A DNA stretch of 63,903 nucleotides, counting the filler, from Platydemus manokwari (taxonomy: Eukaryota): assembly GCA_037951405.1 (NCBI GenBank). It is 6 parts of 6 records of this genome, joined end to end, with 100 filler letters (N's around TTAATTAATTAA, not from the genome) between each part and the next. Parts side by side here need not be neighbours in the genome. Positions count along the whole stretch, not along the records: positions 30,028 to 44,007 come from JBBMOY011558078.1; positions 44,108 to 54,993 come from JBBMOY011087742.1; positions 55,094 to 63,903 come from JBBMOY011346538.1; 3 more parts are not named here. One strand, 5' to 3'. The notes beneath the pieces are model-generated. The model was not told the DNA's origin and made no database searches. It worked only from the letters and a program-made list of their open reading frames with translations. Shown one piece after another: positions 42,001 to 55,962 of the stretch (position 1 is its first letter; each line of letters opens with the position of its first letter). The translations under genes and the position numbers were made by a program.

Positions 42001-44007
42001 CCATCACCGCATTCCAAACTATTCTCGGAAATTCTTTAAAACGAATCAAACACATATTGAATTTTATTCTCCAATGCTTCAATTTTTTATTACTCTTATC
42101 ATCAGCAATATTTTTGTAACTACTGTCATGACCTTTACTTCTCCATCTCCTTCTTCAACCTTTATTTTTTCGATCGAACGTTTTATCTTATCTTTCATCA
42201 TAAATATTTCTAATTTTCATTGAGCTTGACATTCAGATTTTATCAAATTGACTCTGGGTTTACACTGATTGACTTAGTGCCAAATTCGGTCACATATGGT
42301 GCATGCGACCACTTGGTGCTTTCACGGAGAGCCAGTGACTGAAAATTGACGTATTTCGGTGAGTAATCGTGTGGATTTTTTTGATAAATGTTTTCAATAT
42401 ATTTTTAAATGAAAGCATATGTGCTATATTGATGATTTATAGATGAGGCATACTTTTCAGCTTTCATACCATTTTGAAGAGCTCATAGTAGTTGGTGTGA
42501 TTGATTAGACTGAGTGCTGTACCGATGTGGTGATGAACCCCTTTTGGAAATTGATCCTGCTCTACTCTTCAGGTTTGTACCTGACACTCTATATTTTGCC
42601 CAAATGCATTTTCTGCAAGTGTTGACATGTTGTACGCAAAATGTACGATTTTTGACGAATATTCCGCTAATTAATTTCTTTGATGATTCATCTTTCATAA
42701 CCTTCTACTGAAAGATATGTGTAGTGTGTTATGATTCGAAAGTTCAAACTAGATAAAACAAAATTGTAATTACCTTGGAGTCATTTTAGTATATATAGGT
42801 ACAAATAAAATATTCACTAAATTAATTAAACGATAATTTAGAAACATAAGATACTTTGTCATCACAACAGTAAAATATTGGCTATTTGGCCTCAGATTGG
42901 ATATACATTTAATGTTACAGCGCAGAAATGGTTGGCATTGATCACGTAGTTAGATTTGGAAAGAAAACAGATAGATCACAGTGACATGCCGATATTAAAT
43001 CAGAGAAGAAATTAAAAGAAGCATTGAAGAAAAACAAAAAAGCGAAACGTGAGAAATAGTAAAACAAAGTGAAATCGAAATACGGTAAAAAGCCTAAGAA
43101 AATGCGATATTCCATATAAAGTGATCAGTAAGAACGATAAAAAGAGTTATCAATTACAAGACGAAAATAATAAAGTGATAAAAAGAAATGCGTAGAAAAT
43201 TAAAATTATAAAAAATTTGGGGAATATTTAAAAAAGAAGACAAACAAATTTTAAAATAATTAAAATAAATTTTTAGTAAAAATAATTTAAAATTTATTTT
43301 AAAAATATAAATTTAGTAAACTTTTTGAAAATATTATATAAATTTTTGAATATTTTATAAAGCTAATCTGTTGCAATTAAAAACCCATAGCAGAAAATAA
43401 TGATGTCAAAACAATTTCAATCTGAGTTGATGGCATCCATATATAACATATGGAAGTTATAACATCGAAATTAAAACAAATTTATTAAAAATTATCTAGC
43501 ATGAAATATTATATTCCCACAGATACACCATAACAACATATTATTTATTGAATTGGGTAAATTCTAGATAAAAATCAAAAAGATGACCAAGATTACAAAT
43601 AAATGAAAGCTGTGTAATTGATAACAATATATTCATAAGAATATTTCATTTTCGATAATTATTTGGACTTACAGAAACGCATTAAAGATTATTAAATTTT
43701 ATACAGATCGAATTGACATCGAATAGAAATTTGAAACGGCAAAAGATCCATTGGTAAGGTTTAAATCAGGTAAAATGTTGACACAAAACAACCACACTGA
43801 TCTAAGGTCAAAATACTACCTAAGGGTCAAAAGCAGACTCTGTAGACTGAATAGGACGTAGATACCGATCAAGTCAAATAACAAGTGATAACTTAACGAT
43901 ATACAAAATAAAGATAAATATTAATAATTGGCTGCCTATATTTGATAATGGTTAAATATAAATTTTATGTATAACAGAATTTTCAAATATGAAAACAAAG
44001 CAAATTT

Positions 44008-44107
44008 NNNNNNNNNNNNNNNNNNNNNNNNNNNNNNNNNNNNNNNNNNNNTTAATTAATTAANNNNNNNNNNNNNNNNNNNNNNNNNNNNNNNNNNNNN
44101 NNNNNNN
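44008..44107. other. Artificial assembly spacer
   Basis: N44-TTAATTAATTAA-N44. Confidence 0.95.
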
Positions 44108-47100
44108 CAGATATGTATGAAAATTAACAAATTTTAATTTCATTTGATAATAAACTTGCTTTATGCCATTATATGTGATAAGACTATTTAGTAGCAATGA
44201 ATTAAATAAATAGAGAATTACAGATTATTTGAATTTTTTAAAAATATGTAATACTCCTACGTAAATATTATTTGTAATAATCTACAATAAATTGTTTAAA
44301 TAATATATTCATTTTCAAATCGAATGACACTTTTCATTTCTTTATCCCAGATTTTAAAGCAATTTTATATACCATATTTTTAATCATTTGTATTAATAAA
44401 TATATTATTATTATAAAAATCCAACATTCGTGATAAGTCAAATAAATTTATTTTCATAGGTTAATAATAATAACGATAAATTCTTTTGAATTACTAAATT
44501 GTCATTATTTCCTTAAATAAATCAACTGGATTATTAAACAAATGAAAACAAACTTTGACAATGTCAAGATTATACTAACAAAAAGAAACCATGATATTTT
44601 CCCAATACATAATTGGCGCGCAAATAAAGAAAAGAAAATGTCAAATACAAAACTCTTTTGGTTTATTAATAATAGAATAATTCATTTTCTAAATGATATA
44701 TCTTTGTTACACCTATTTTCTTGTCTGTTTTTCAACGCCGAAGCGGTTCAATCAAAGAAATAAAATACTTTAACAAACGGAAAATTTTATCGAGCTGCTT
44801 TAATAACAGAGCAATTCTCAAACAGTTAGCTTGCCCACTTTTAGTCCTATCGTAAATTATTAATGTCATATAATCCTTATATTACTTCATTATTATTTCT
44901 TTTGATCTTGGGCGGTAGATTCCGTCAGATTGGTGGTATAACAGTTGCAATGCACTGTTTTCCACACGTGAGAACAGACCGACAGCCTCATCGATTCAAG
45001 ACGATTGTATCATCATTTAATATCATCAAGAGACTCATCATTTAAATGTCAAAACTTAATAACTCCTGTTTGGGCCACGAACTCATTGTTATTTCGTATA
45101 ATGGGCTGTCGGGAAAAGATCTTTAATTACTAAAGTTCATACTAAGCACGTTCTTGGATTTTATTAGCAATAGATGGCAATTTTCATGCAAATTTGCAAA
45201 ATAAAAATTGAAATTAACGATTTTAAATATATTTACCTTCTACTCCGGCCTCTATACGAATTAATTTATTCATGATTTAAGATTTTTCCATATCGTTTTT
45301 ATTGCGTGTGCTGAGCGAATAAATTAAAACGGTCTAAGAAATCGACAGAGCAGTTTTGTGCTGAAATTTATTTTCATAATTCAGAATGAATTCTTTGATC
45401 TGAATTATTTTCACTCATTTTTCAAAAACTCGAAACCTGGTGTGTCATGTTTGAATTTAAATTATTTTTTTTTCTAATATTTGTCGACCAATAATGACAT
45501 GTGTGCGCTTATAAATTAACCAGGATTGGAAATTGTTGTTATTTCGTCTCGACAACATATTTAAGATAGATAAAAATTGGAATTTTATTTAAATACTGTA
45601 ACGATTTCTCTTCAGTTCGTTACGTGTCTTGAAATTTATATATATAGAAATTTATTTTGATATATATAATCATTAAATTATTATTTGATAATTTATAATG
45701 ATTTAAACAAAATTGATTTTATCGAAATATTTATTTAAATTTAAATTTGAGTATTAATGAATTTCAAAACAGCCAAGTAAACTTTTTATCACCGTACGAA
45801 TCAAATTCAAACGCAAACCATATAAAAATAAAATAGCTTGAATATTCAGCCTATATCTAAAATAATGTTCACTATTTCATTACTTATTTATTAATGGTTG
45901 CGGGTTATTATGTCTCTAAAATTTCATTGATGTATATGTATTTATACAAAGTCTCATATTTATATTGTTAACTTATTTTCGGCTTAATCATGATGAACAA
46001 TTATTTTTAATTTACTAACCTAGCCAGTTTAATAATCTAATTTTCTTTGATATCATCTTCGATCAAAGATAAGACATCAGGAATCGGGTTTTGTTTTTTG
46101 TTCGTTTCCTATTTCCCTTTGTTGCACTATTTTTTTTGCTGTACTTATTCACGATTGATTAAGGTTTGGTTACAATTAATCATTTGCTCTGTTATGGTAG
46201 CTTATTTAATTTTTTTTTAATATTTTGTGATGACATTTAATTGTCGAATAAAATATCCTTTCCAGCAAATAATGAATGGGATTTTATCATTTGTTTTTAT
46301 AACAATATATTTATCTATCAATAAAATTTACTCTCCTATACAAGTGGCAGGGTTATTTTTCTGTTCTCTTGTTCCCACGTATCCGTTTCGAGTATGGAAG
46401 AAATCGTGTCCCACCATTACAACGAGATTTCGAGTTTGTTTTAAAAATGAGATTTGAAAAGATTTGTGAAATTCTATCAGCACCATATTTTTGTTTCGTT
46501 TGTGATATCATTATTGCCGATATTCTGAGAAACATTTTAAAAATATTCTTTAACATTTCCTTTTATTAAAAAGAAACTTATTTTTCGTTTTTATCGGAAT
46601 TAATATCTTAATATGAAATTGGCTCTGAATTCTAATTTATCACTTTCTTTCTTCATAAATCAAAAATCTTGAGATAACAAAAACGATTGGTCGGCTTGTT
46701 TGAATCTTAGTGCATGAAATGTATAAACTATTTTCGGGGCCATCTTTTCGTATCATATTAAGTAAAATAATATATTTCCTCAAAAAATATTTTCTGGTTT
46801 CATATTTATCTCTTCTCTAAAGATCGATAATTTAAAACAATTTTTGCATTTCCTTATTGTAGCAATTGTTTCTTAAAAATACGATTTAAATGTTCTAATT
46901 CTCTAATAAAAGAAAAATCGATTGAATCCAAGATATGAGTTCGTGTTTATTTGATTCTGTAGTTTGAGAATTTTTTCCCAGTTTTTTCATTTGCGATAAT
47001 CATAGTCAATGGAACTACAAATTGCATTAAAATATGAATGATCTTCTTTGGACAATTCTGTCGGCAATTTTTACAAATCATTTAACAAATTTCTACAACT

Positions 47101-50100
47101 GATTCCTTGCAGTGAAAGATAATTAAGTAAAATTCTTGACATTTAATAAGAGTAGAGATGCCCAGGAAAAATATTGGTATATCGGTGAGAACACTCACGG
47201 TTGTGGAAATTTTGTAGCTTCTCGTAAAATGTTTATAATATTCAATAAATAGCAATTTTTTTTAATTTGCTAATCTCCAGATTTGGTACTATTGAATATC
47301 CTATAGCAGTCATTTCTTGTCAAAACTTATAAATGAAACATCAAACTCATCACTTGGGTTTTGATCAGTTAAGCCGATACATTTTGCAATTATAGATTCT
47401 TAATATGAATTAATTTGTAAATAGTTTTCGAAAATTTTTCAATCTCAACAACCATTGACAAAGTTTACGAACAACACCGACCTAACAATCGAATTTGGCT
47501 TAATAATTATTTAAGTGGGTTAAAAATTTTCCCTGATATTATAAATGATTTATTGTTGCTTTTTTCCATCTTGTTAGTCAAATATTTTTTTCCATAATAA
47601 TTTTAGAAATAGCATCAAAAAGTAATTCTATTTTGACAAATGGTTTTATTTTTAAAGATTAATTTTTTAAATTTAACTCGTATAAGACAAAATAATATTT
47701 TCAAAATATTGACCACTTGTTTAAATAATTATTGAAAATCTAATTCAAATAAGTTTATGTTATTGCGTGGATTATAGAAATTCGTTATGTCGATAATGAA
47801 TTTATTATCAGTTTTATATGGAAATTCTTTTGATGGCGAAAATATAGCGATCGAAAAACTAGATTGTTAAAATTGTAATCAACTACCAAGCTCGAATTAA
47901 TTTTAAAACAAATTCAACAATTTTCGCCAGAAATATTTTCAGTGGATTTTTAATTAAAACTTTAATTTCAACACAATCGATTCCCGCCCAATTTCTGACA
48001 ATCAGAATTTCTTTATGTTGTTTCACATAACAATTGTGGAACATCATTCTCAATGACGTCATCAGATGAGCTATCAGCTGGAAAATTAGCTTTATCTCGC
48101 AATGATAAATTAGCGAAATAAAATAAAAATTTATTCCATTTAACCACATATAATGTGCCGATATTTAATCTATTAGAGATCATAAAAATGTCCCCTATTA
48201 TTAATTGCTAACCTTTAATTATCCGTGAACAATGAATAATTGTTTTGAGCGTTTCACGCATGATTGATGTCATGTTTTCTCACAATTGGTCATTGAAAAA
48301 CAACAAACAATATCCCAAATCGGTATGTAGCCGGATGAACATTAAATAAATCATCATCTTTTGTTGCCGGCTTATTGTAGCCATCAAATATTCCACCGTT
48401 GATTTGAACAATACGAAACGGAAAACTGAAACGAAAACTGCTTTGATACTGCTAATGGAAGGAAATGACCAAGGAAGATTTTTGGAAACTAATGACGGCC
48501 ACTCTAATTAGGGAAAGTGATAATTCTTCTGTGAATAACTTTATTTTATTATTTAACAATGAAATTTAGCCAGACTGCCGGTTTCAGTGTGATGTTGGGC
48601 AAATTCGAAGATGTTGAGAAAGTTGATGGTTAATTAAATCACAAATAGGTATTGATTACCAAACCATAACCAATTCTATATCTTGATTATTATCATAGTG
48701 ATTATTGTTTATTATTAATATCATTATAATTATTATTTATATTATTTATTCGACAGCTAATTTTATATCTTATTAACTGTTTTCCATATTATTATAAAAT
48801 AATAATATTGATATTATTATTTTAATCGATTTTCAATAATTATTATCATTGCCATCATTGATTTGAATATTATAAATGATTTTCTCTATCACATTATTAA
48901 AACAATTCACATTCGAAAAACTTATCGATTGAAACAAAACTGCCCAGATCATTAACGGAATATCATTATTATTTCCTTCATTTCCCACAGCACCTGTAAT
49001 CGGAAAAAAACTAATTAAATACAAATTGCATAATCCTTCTTCTCAATTGTACCGATAAGGCCCAAAGTGATCGGGTCTTAACCGAACAAATCACCAAATC
49101 AATTACCTCCTCCTATTTTCCAGCCCTCTGACAATTCAACAAATCTGCTACACTAATTCTACTTACTGGGAAATCGGTTCTCGATTTGAAAAATTAATTT
49201 TCTTGTCCTTATGAGATAGATTTCATTCCGCTACAGAGTTGAGCCATGGAGTAATCTTCTTAAAACACTTGCTTCGCTATAGTAGATTATCGCGACTCAT
49301 TAATTCTTAATTAGATAGACTATTGTCGTCATCATCATTTCTTCTAGATACTATCTTTAGAGCTGACTGAAATATTGAAAAAAAGGAAGGAAGCTGTAGA
49401 TTAGAAAAAGAGAAAAAGGCGGTCAAATTGATTTTTTTTGCCTCATCAAACAATTGTAGATTCAGCGTACAAAGGATCATTCGCCCGAGTTGTTATTAAA
49501 TCGATCTACTGCACGACATTGCTTTGAGAGGGTTGTTGTACAGGTAACGCGTCACATAAAAATCTATTGCTTCTACTAGTAGAAATGATTAAAAACACGA
49601 TATATTATTGCCATTGATGGCAATTTATAAATCAATCTGGCCTTGAGAATCAATTAGGATGTCGATTTCTTTTGGGAGATAGAGCCGCTTTGAAGTTGGC
49701 TCCAGAATTAATTGCTTAGCTGAACTAAGCCTGTTTGGTTTTTACACAGAATTTTTTCAATTTTTGTGGGTTTTTATTTATTTTGTGTTATTTAGAAAAT
49801 CTCACTGAAAAACAAAAAATTGTGGCCATGCCTGATGAGTTGATTGAATGTCTATTTACCCATCTCAATTTGATGTTGAATCTCACTTCAATCGATATTA
49901 TTGGCTAATGAATCACTCTACTATAATGACGTAATTAATTAATTAATTACGTTGTTGGATCAATTGATAGTGGATAATAAGTTCACTTAAATGACAACTT
50001 TTCCTTCAATTTAGATAAAGAAATATAAAATCATGGATCACTATTGGGTGCATCGAATACAAACCGGCAATTGTCATATTAAGATTACTCCATCATGATT

Positions 50101-53100
50101 CAAAAAAATTAGAACAAATATACGATAAGTTTTCATAACCTATATTCATCATATAACCAATACATGCTTTATCTTTAGGCTATCTCTTTATCAAACGACT
50201 TATCAAAGAAACTTTTGACTCTGCTTCCTACCGCCCATTGGAAAAACGAACGGACTTTCAAGACTATCGATTTCGGATCCATAGATTGGATTCTAAATTA
50301 TCGATTGCAAGAATATTTGTTATAACTTTAAATATCAGGATTTCACGACGGTCTTAACAATACAATAAATAATGAAAATAAATATTAAAAATAAAGGAAA
50401 ATATTATTTTGAAATTAAAAACGACGTGCAATGTTGAATGGAGAAAAGCTTGTTTATAAATGGTAAATCATTGAACTGAATAAATTGTTAAATTTATTAA
50501 TGGATTCTATAAATAAAATATTTTTGTACATACGTAATAGCGTATATGGATATGAAAAACACTTATTTTGAATGTATCGATATATTTCATTGGAATATTT
50601 TTGTTGAAAGTCCTCAAAGGGTTTTCAGATCGAGCTATTTACAGTTCCAAAATTCAGACCTATATACTGGTTTTGTAATTCTTTTGAATGTATATATTTA
50701 TTTGATAATCTGATTGAAAGGTATAAGTATATTCATAAATTCATTCTAGATTTGCTAAGAATATCAGTTTATTATTGTTCGTCCGGGTGCAAATACATTC
50801 GTGCATACGGTATTATCAAATGCTGGTTTGGAAGCCCGAAGGGTCCGTTACTTCTATTTATAGTACCATTTAATTCTCTATCAGTATTTACGATTAAAGT
50901 AATTGTATATCCCAGCATATCTTTCATTCAGATCATACTTTCTAGGGAATGAGAAACCGAATGCATATTGAAGTAAATGTTATTAATTTTTACTTATTAA
51001 TTAATTTATTAATTTTCTTTTCTCACTGTTTTTCTTCGTTTTCATTTTCCAAAAAAAAATCAAAAACAAATAGTTGTTTCTAAGATAAAATTACTGTCGC
51101 TTCCTAGTTGACCATAAAAACTACTTCATTCATATTGTTATTAATGAAGATTCTGGCACCAGAGAAGATTTTTTATGACTTTCTTACAATTTCAAATCCA
51201 ACTGATAATATTATATCCCAAATTTTTGGTGATTTATTTATTTCCTCTCTATCCAATAATTACTTGACATCACACAATAAACACTGAAAATATTAAAACA
51301 AAAACAACTACGACGACAGACATCTATCGATTAATTTTAATATCGATTAAATATAATTTTGGGGCGAAAATGTGCTAGGAATTTATTGATTAAAATTTTC
51401 TACCATTCTATGACCTAAATGTCGGAAAGAAGTAAATCTTGATTTGATAGAGTAGTTTTGTTTAGTTGCAAAGAAGTGTCGGTAACTATGAATTTTAAAA
51501 TCGATATTTATTACAATAAATCTTTCATTCTGTAATTATTGATATTATTATTATTGGTTTGTAATGATAAAAACCAATAAAACAAAAAATAAATTTATTA
51601 ACGAAATCAACAACATTGTGGTATTGCTCGTTCATTTTGTGAAGGTTGTGTTTAACCAATTCAAGTCCGCTAAGATTTTGGTTTAATTTTCTCAAACACT
51701 GGTAAAACCACTCCACATTTAATCTGAAATATTTCAGATTATTTTTATTAGTGGATTAAACCTGTGCTTGTTTTTGCCAACAAATCATTTCGGCAAATTT
51801 TATGGGCTATTTTTACTGAGATTTTAGGATTAGATTTTTATTATCGAAAACCATGTTCCATTATTTCAATATGCTCACAAATTTATGATTTTTTTAAAAA
51901 TAAAAATCGACTCAATTAATACCGATAACATCCAATAATCACACAATACAGTTCCATGAATCTTTTAATACAAACATGCCTACAAATAGGTTGGAGAAAA
52001 TATGATAATTTCCATAGTTTCGTATTCCAGGATTTGATTGATGTAATCTATAGAATTGTCGATATGTCTTTGATATAATGATTGTTCCAACGGATCAAAA
52101 AATATTCTTTCAATTTTGACATTACCTCCATTCATGTTGATTAGGGAATAAATAATGAGATACACAACAACCGATGTTTCTTCACTGTGTTCCTGTTCCC
52201 CGTCTTTTTCTCCGTTCCTATTTTTTATACATATCTAATCGAGATTTTTGTTTGATATTATTTTTGTACGATATAATTGTGGAAATATTTATCAGATAAA
52301 AAGATATGACGATACATATGTGAGGATTTTAAAATGAATTGAAATTAGAAAGATTTATATATTGAGAATTTATACAATAATAACTGGATTAAATATACTT
52401 TGTCGTGCTGTGAATTGTCAATTTGTTATCAATGTGCGATAAATAAAATATTAGCGACTGACAAAATAGATCCAAGAACTGGAGTCATATTAGAATTTTG
52501 GCTTTAATTTATAATTAATTTATCTAATCTATTTACATAGAGCTTGTATTTTATAAAGTTTTATTAAGTTTGTAATTCAATGGAATCTGAGATAAAGGTT
52601 AGCTTGGAATGTTATCATTTTGTCTTCCAGTGATTGCATATATTTAGCGTGCTTCCTCTATTCACATTGTGACTATCTTTTTCCTTCAGGGCAAGTTGTG
52701 CTTAATCCAAATCTTTATTAATCACGAAGGTTTGATTTCTAATATTGATCATTCAACCTAGAAAAGTATTCTAATTACCACTTCATCTTCTTGAATTGAT
52801 CTCAATCAGTCAACATTTTTTACAAAAAAATCTGTAATCGATAGAAAATTAATTGAAAACTATCAATAAATTAAATCATATAATTCAATATTAAATTTAA
52901 AGGTGGCTTTTAGATTTGGGGAAGTTGGGGGGGGGTGTATTCTTTTTCAGTTTTCTTTTTTACAATACTATATATTAATATCAGACTTAATTCACATCAC
53001 AACTTCGAATGAAATATAAAACACATTTCAACGAATAATTTCGATTATTATCTGTGGCCATCAGAAAAAGGAAGCGAAAGCTATTCATTTTTATTATTTG

Positions 53101-54916
53101 ATTTTCTCATAATTTCACTTGATGTTAAGAACATGAATAAAAAAATAGTTGAAATATAGTCCAGTAAGCTTTCTGAACAATCTTCCCAGCAATCACATAT
53201 GACTGCCAGTAAGCCATATACATTAGTCAAGTAAATAAAACCAGTGTCGACAAAGCAGAGCCAACGGATATCAACCATCATTTATCTGTCATTTACCAAC
53301 ACATAATTGATCAAATCAAATTATAATGAAAGAAAGTAAAGCAAAAATATTTTCTTTAAAGCTTTTAATTAATATGATCGTGTGGAACACGGTAAATATG
53401 AAAGGAAATAATTTTATGTCGATTTATTTATTTAATTTTATTTCTACTCTGTTTTGGTATTGATTTCATTCTGTAATTGTTTCGCAATGGGAACTAGACG
53501 AAGATGTTTAGGTAAACATTAAAGATGCTTGGTTATTATTCTCTCATTGATTCTTCAAGCTATTCCACCTTTAACTAAACAATTTATAGGTAAACTTTTG
53601 TTGAGTCTATATGAGTTGATAACTCTAGCTGACACCCTCTCCTTATCTCCTATCATATCAACGAATCGTCTAATAAACCATGTGTGTACAATACATTTAT
53701 TTATAATGATAACACTTAATAGTATCGGTTTATTAAGTTCTCCTAAATGAATTGTTAAAAACAGAATAGAATCCCACACGAGATTAATTTACCAGCTCAG
53801 AAACTCTTCCTGGTCGTTATCACACTACATTTTATCAACGACGATAATATACGAAATATAGTATGCATGCATTCCGCACGACGATCTTTGCGACTTGTAC
53901 ACCATGTCTATGCTAACCGATACTTCATACTGATACTCCGGTACATCCTTAATTGTATGCTTTTTCTGATGATAAAATTCACTATTTTGGTTTTCTTTAT
54001 GTATTTATAAGTGTAATTTACTAATGTTATGTCTCTTGAATCTCTCTAAGTCAGTCTCTTCGAAATCAACAATTTTGTTTTCTATTTTTCTGCTAAGATC
54101 TGCTTAATTTCTTCGAAATTCACTACAAATATTATTGCTAGTATAATGAAGGCAGATATATGCATTTGTTTCGTTCATGTTTATCTTTATTAAGTTAAAT
54201 TCTGCTCTGATTGGTTTTAATATCTATCTATCGATCTACATAATTGCTTCCAGATTTTATTGATGAGTTTTTCTGAAAGTAACACTGAATTATTTCGTTA
54301 ATTTATATAAAATAAAGAAAATTTATATTTATAAATATTAATATACCAAGAAATTAAAAATAATGAAAGATTATTTAAAATTTTAATTGTCGTAGTTGTA
54401 AGGGTGTTTATGGTTTGCTGATCGAATTCTTAACCATCGAAACAAATAGTACACTGATATTTCCGCCTTATAGTTCCACTCGAGTCCGTTGTTGATTCGA
54501 ACCGGCACTTCTTTGAGATTTTATGGATTCTGCACTGCCCAATTCGAAGAAGATTATTTCGAGATAGTCGGCATTATTAATTAGATCGTGAATATACCAG
54601 CTTGTCTCCTTGCATTTCTGGTTTATTTATTTTGGTTTTATATCTGAAATATCTTTAACAAATATCGTTCCAAGTAAATACAGCAATGGCATTCATTACT
54701 TCAACGTTATTATATTTGTTTCATTTATTGAAAAATCTCACTAGATTTGCCAAACATTCAACATGTGAAATTGGAAAGAAATTTTTCATGTGAATTCATT
54801 TCGCTAAATTACACTCATTTCAAAATGCCGACAAAACTGCAATCGCTGGTTTTGAAACTGGTTGATTAAATTGGAAAGTACCTATCTAAGCAAATATATG
54901 TAAAATTTGAAATTGC

Positions 54917-54965
<49 letters not shown>

Positions 54966-54993
54966 GTTATTATTATTATTATTATTGTTATTA
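54917..54993 (+). repeat. (TAT)n microsatellite at contig end
   Basis: Near-pure TAT run abutting the N spacer. Confidence 0.95.
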
Positions 54994-55093
54994 NNNNNNN
55001 NNNNNNNNNNNNNNNNNNNNNNNNNNNNNNNNNNNNNTTAATTAATTAANNNNNNNNNNNNNNNNNNNNNNNNNNNNNNNNNNNNNNNNNNNN
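54994..55093. other. Artificial assembly spacer
   Basis: N44-TTAATTAATTAA-N44. Confidence 0.95.
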
Positions 55094-55733
55094 GAATTAA
55101 TGTTTTGGAATAAATTGTTTAATTTTCAAATTTATACTCAAAACTAACTTTCAGCCATCATGGTATTTGTGAAACATTGAATATATTTCCATATTTAATT
55201 TTTTCTTAAAAAACATTGATATTTATATATATTTTGAGGTTGCATTTTTTAACTCAACTCAATATCTTCAAGACTAAAATATTTGAATTAATAAAATCAA
55301 TCTCATCAATTATATTATCTCATATAATCCATAAGAAGTTCATTTAGAAGATCAGAGTTGACATATTTAATAAATCTTTCGTTTTTATATAATAATAATC
55401 AATATTTTATTTATAATTATTATGTACTGTTGGGTTATATCAACATGAAGTAATAGTTGCAACTTGTATTTACTGAAAATTTTGATGTTGCTCAGTATTA
55501 GCTTTGAATTCAATGAAATAGGCAAACAATTTCTATTTTTATCGGCTTCAACTTTCAATAGGTCTTCTTTGCATCGTCATTTATATTGTGAGTTTGCTTG
55601 TGTTTTTGTGTTGTAAGTTATAATTTCATGTTCTATTTCTTTTTATTTTTTACGATTTTTCATTACTGAGACTGTTTGATTTACCAAACTAAAATCTTCA
55701 ATTGTGCTGTCTCCCATTACTTGGCTATCATAC

Positions 55734-55962
55734 CTATGTGATCGTGTTCAAAGGTGTTAAAATCACTATTTGGTGTGACATTAACTTCACTCAACACTAT
55801 CATTAATGATGTTGCAGTACCGAAGGAGACGGCACGTGTTCTGAGTGAAGTGAACTGGAAAAGTTGAACTAAGGAAATTCCTACGTGCAATGAATCCATT
55901 GTCACATCAGAAGGGTTATTGAGAGTATTGCATTCTATCTGAAGATCTTCTAGACACAAATA
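55734..55962 (-). CDS. Putative internal coding exon of an unidentified gene
   Basis: ttctag| acceptor and G|gtatga donor bracket a stop-free, relatively GC-rich 229-nt frame (YLCLEDLQIEC...RTRAVSFGTATSLMIV...FEHDHI). Confidence 0.5.

Noticed and set aside
48381-48630. Possible small plus-strand exons after tag acceptors
   Set aside because: No recognisable product and no consistent splice chain.
49863-49885. Minus-strand UGAGAUUCAAC resembling the 5' end of miR-1175 (from memory)
   Set aside because: Only about 11 nt match and no convincing precursor hairpin.
53200-53950. Possible decayed gag/protease remnant on the minus strand
   Set aside because: No intact DTG/DSG or CCHC motif; too weak to call.
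54481-54545. Minus-strand GGTTCGAATC B-box suggesting a tRNA
   Set aside because: No T-stem or acceptor-stem pairing; at best a decayed SINE head.
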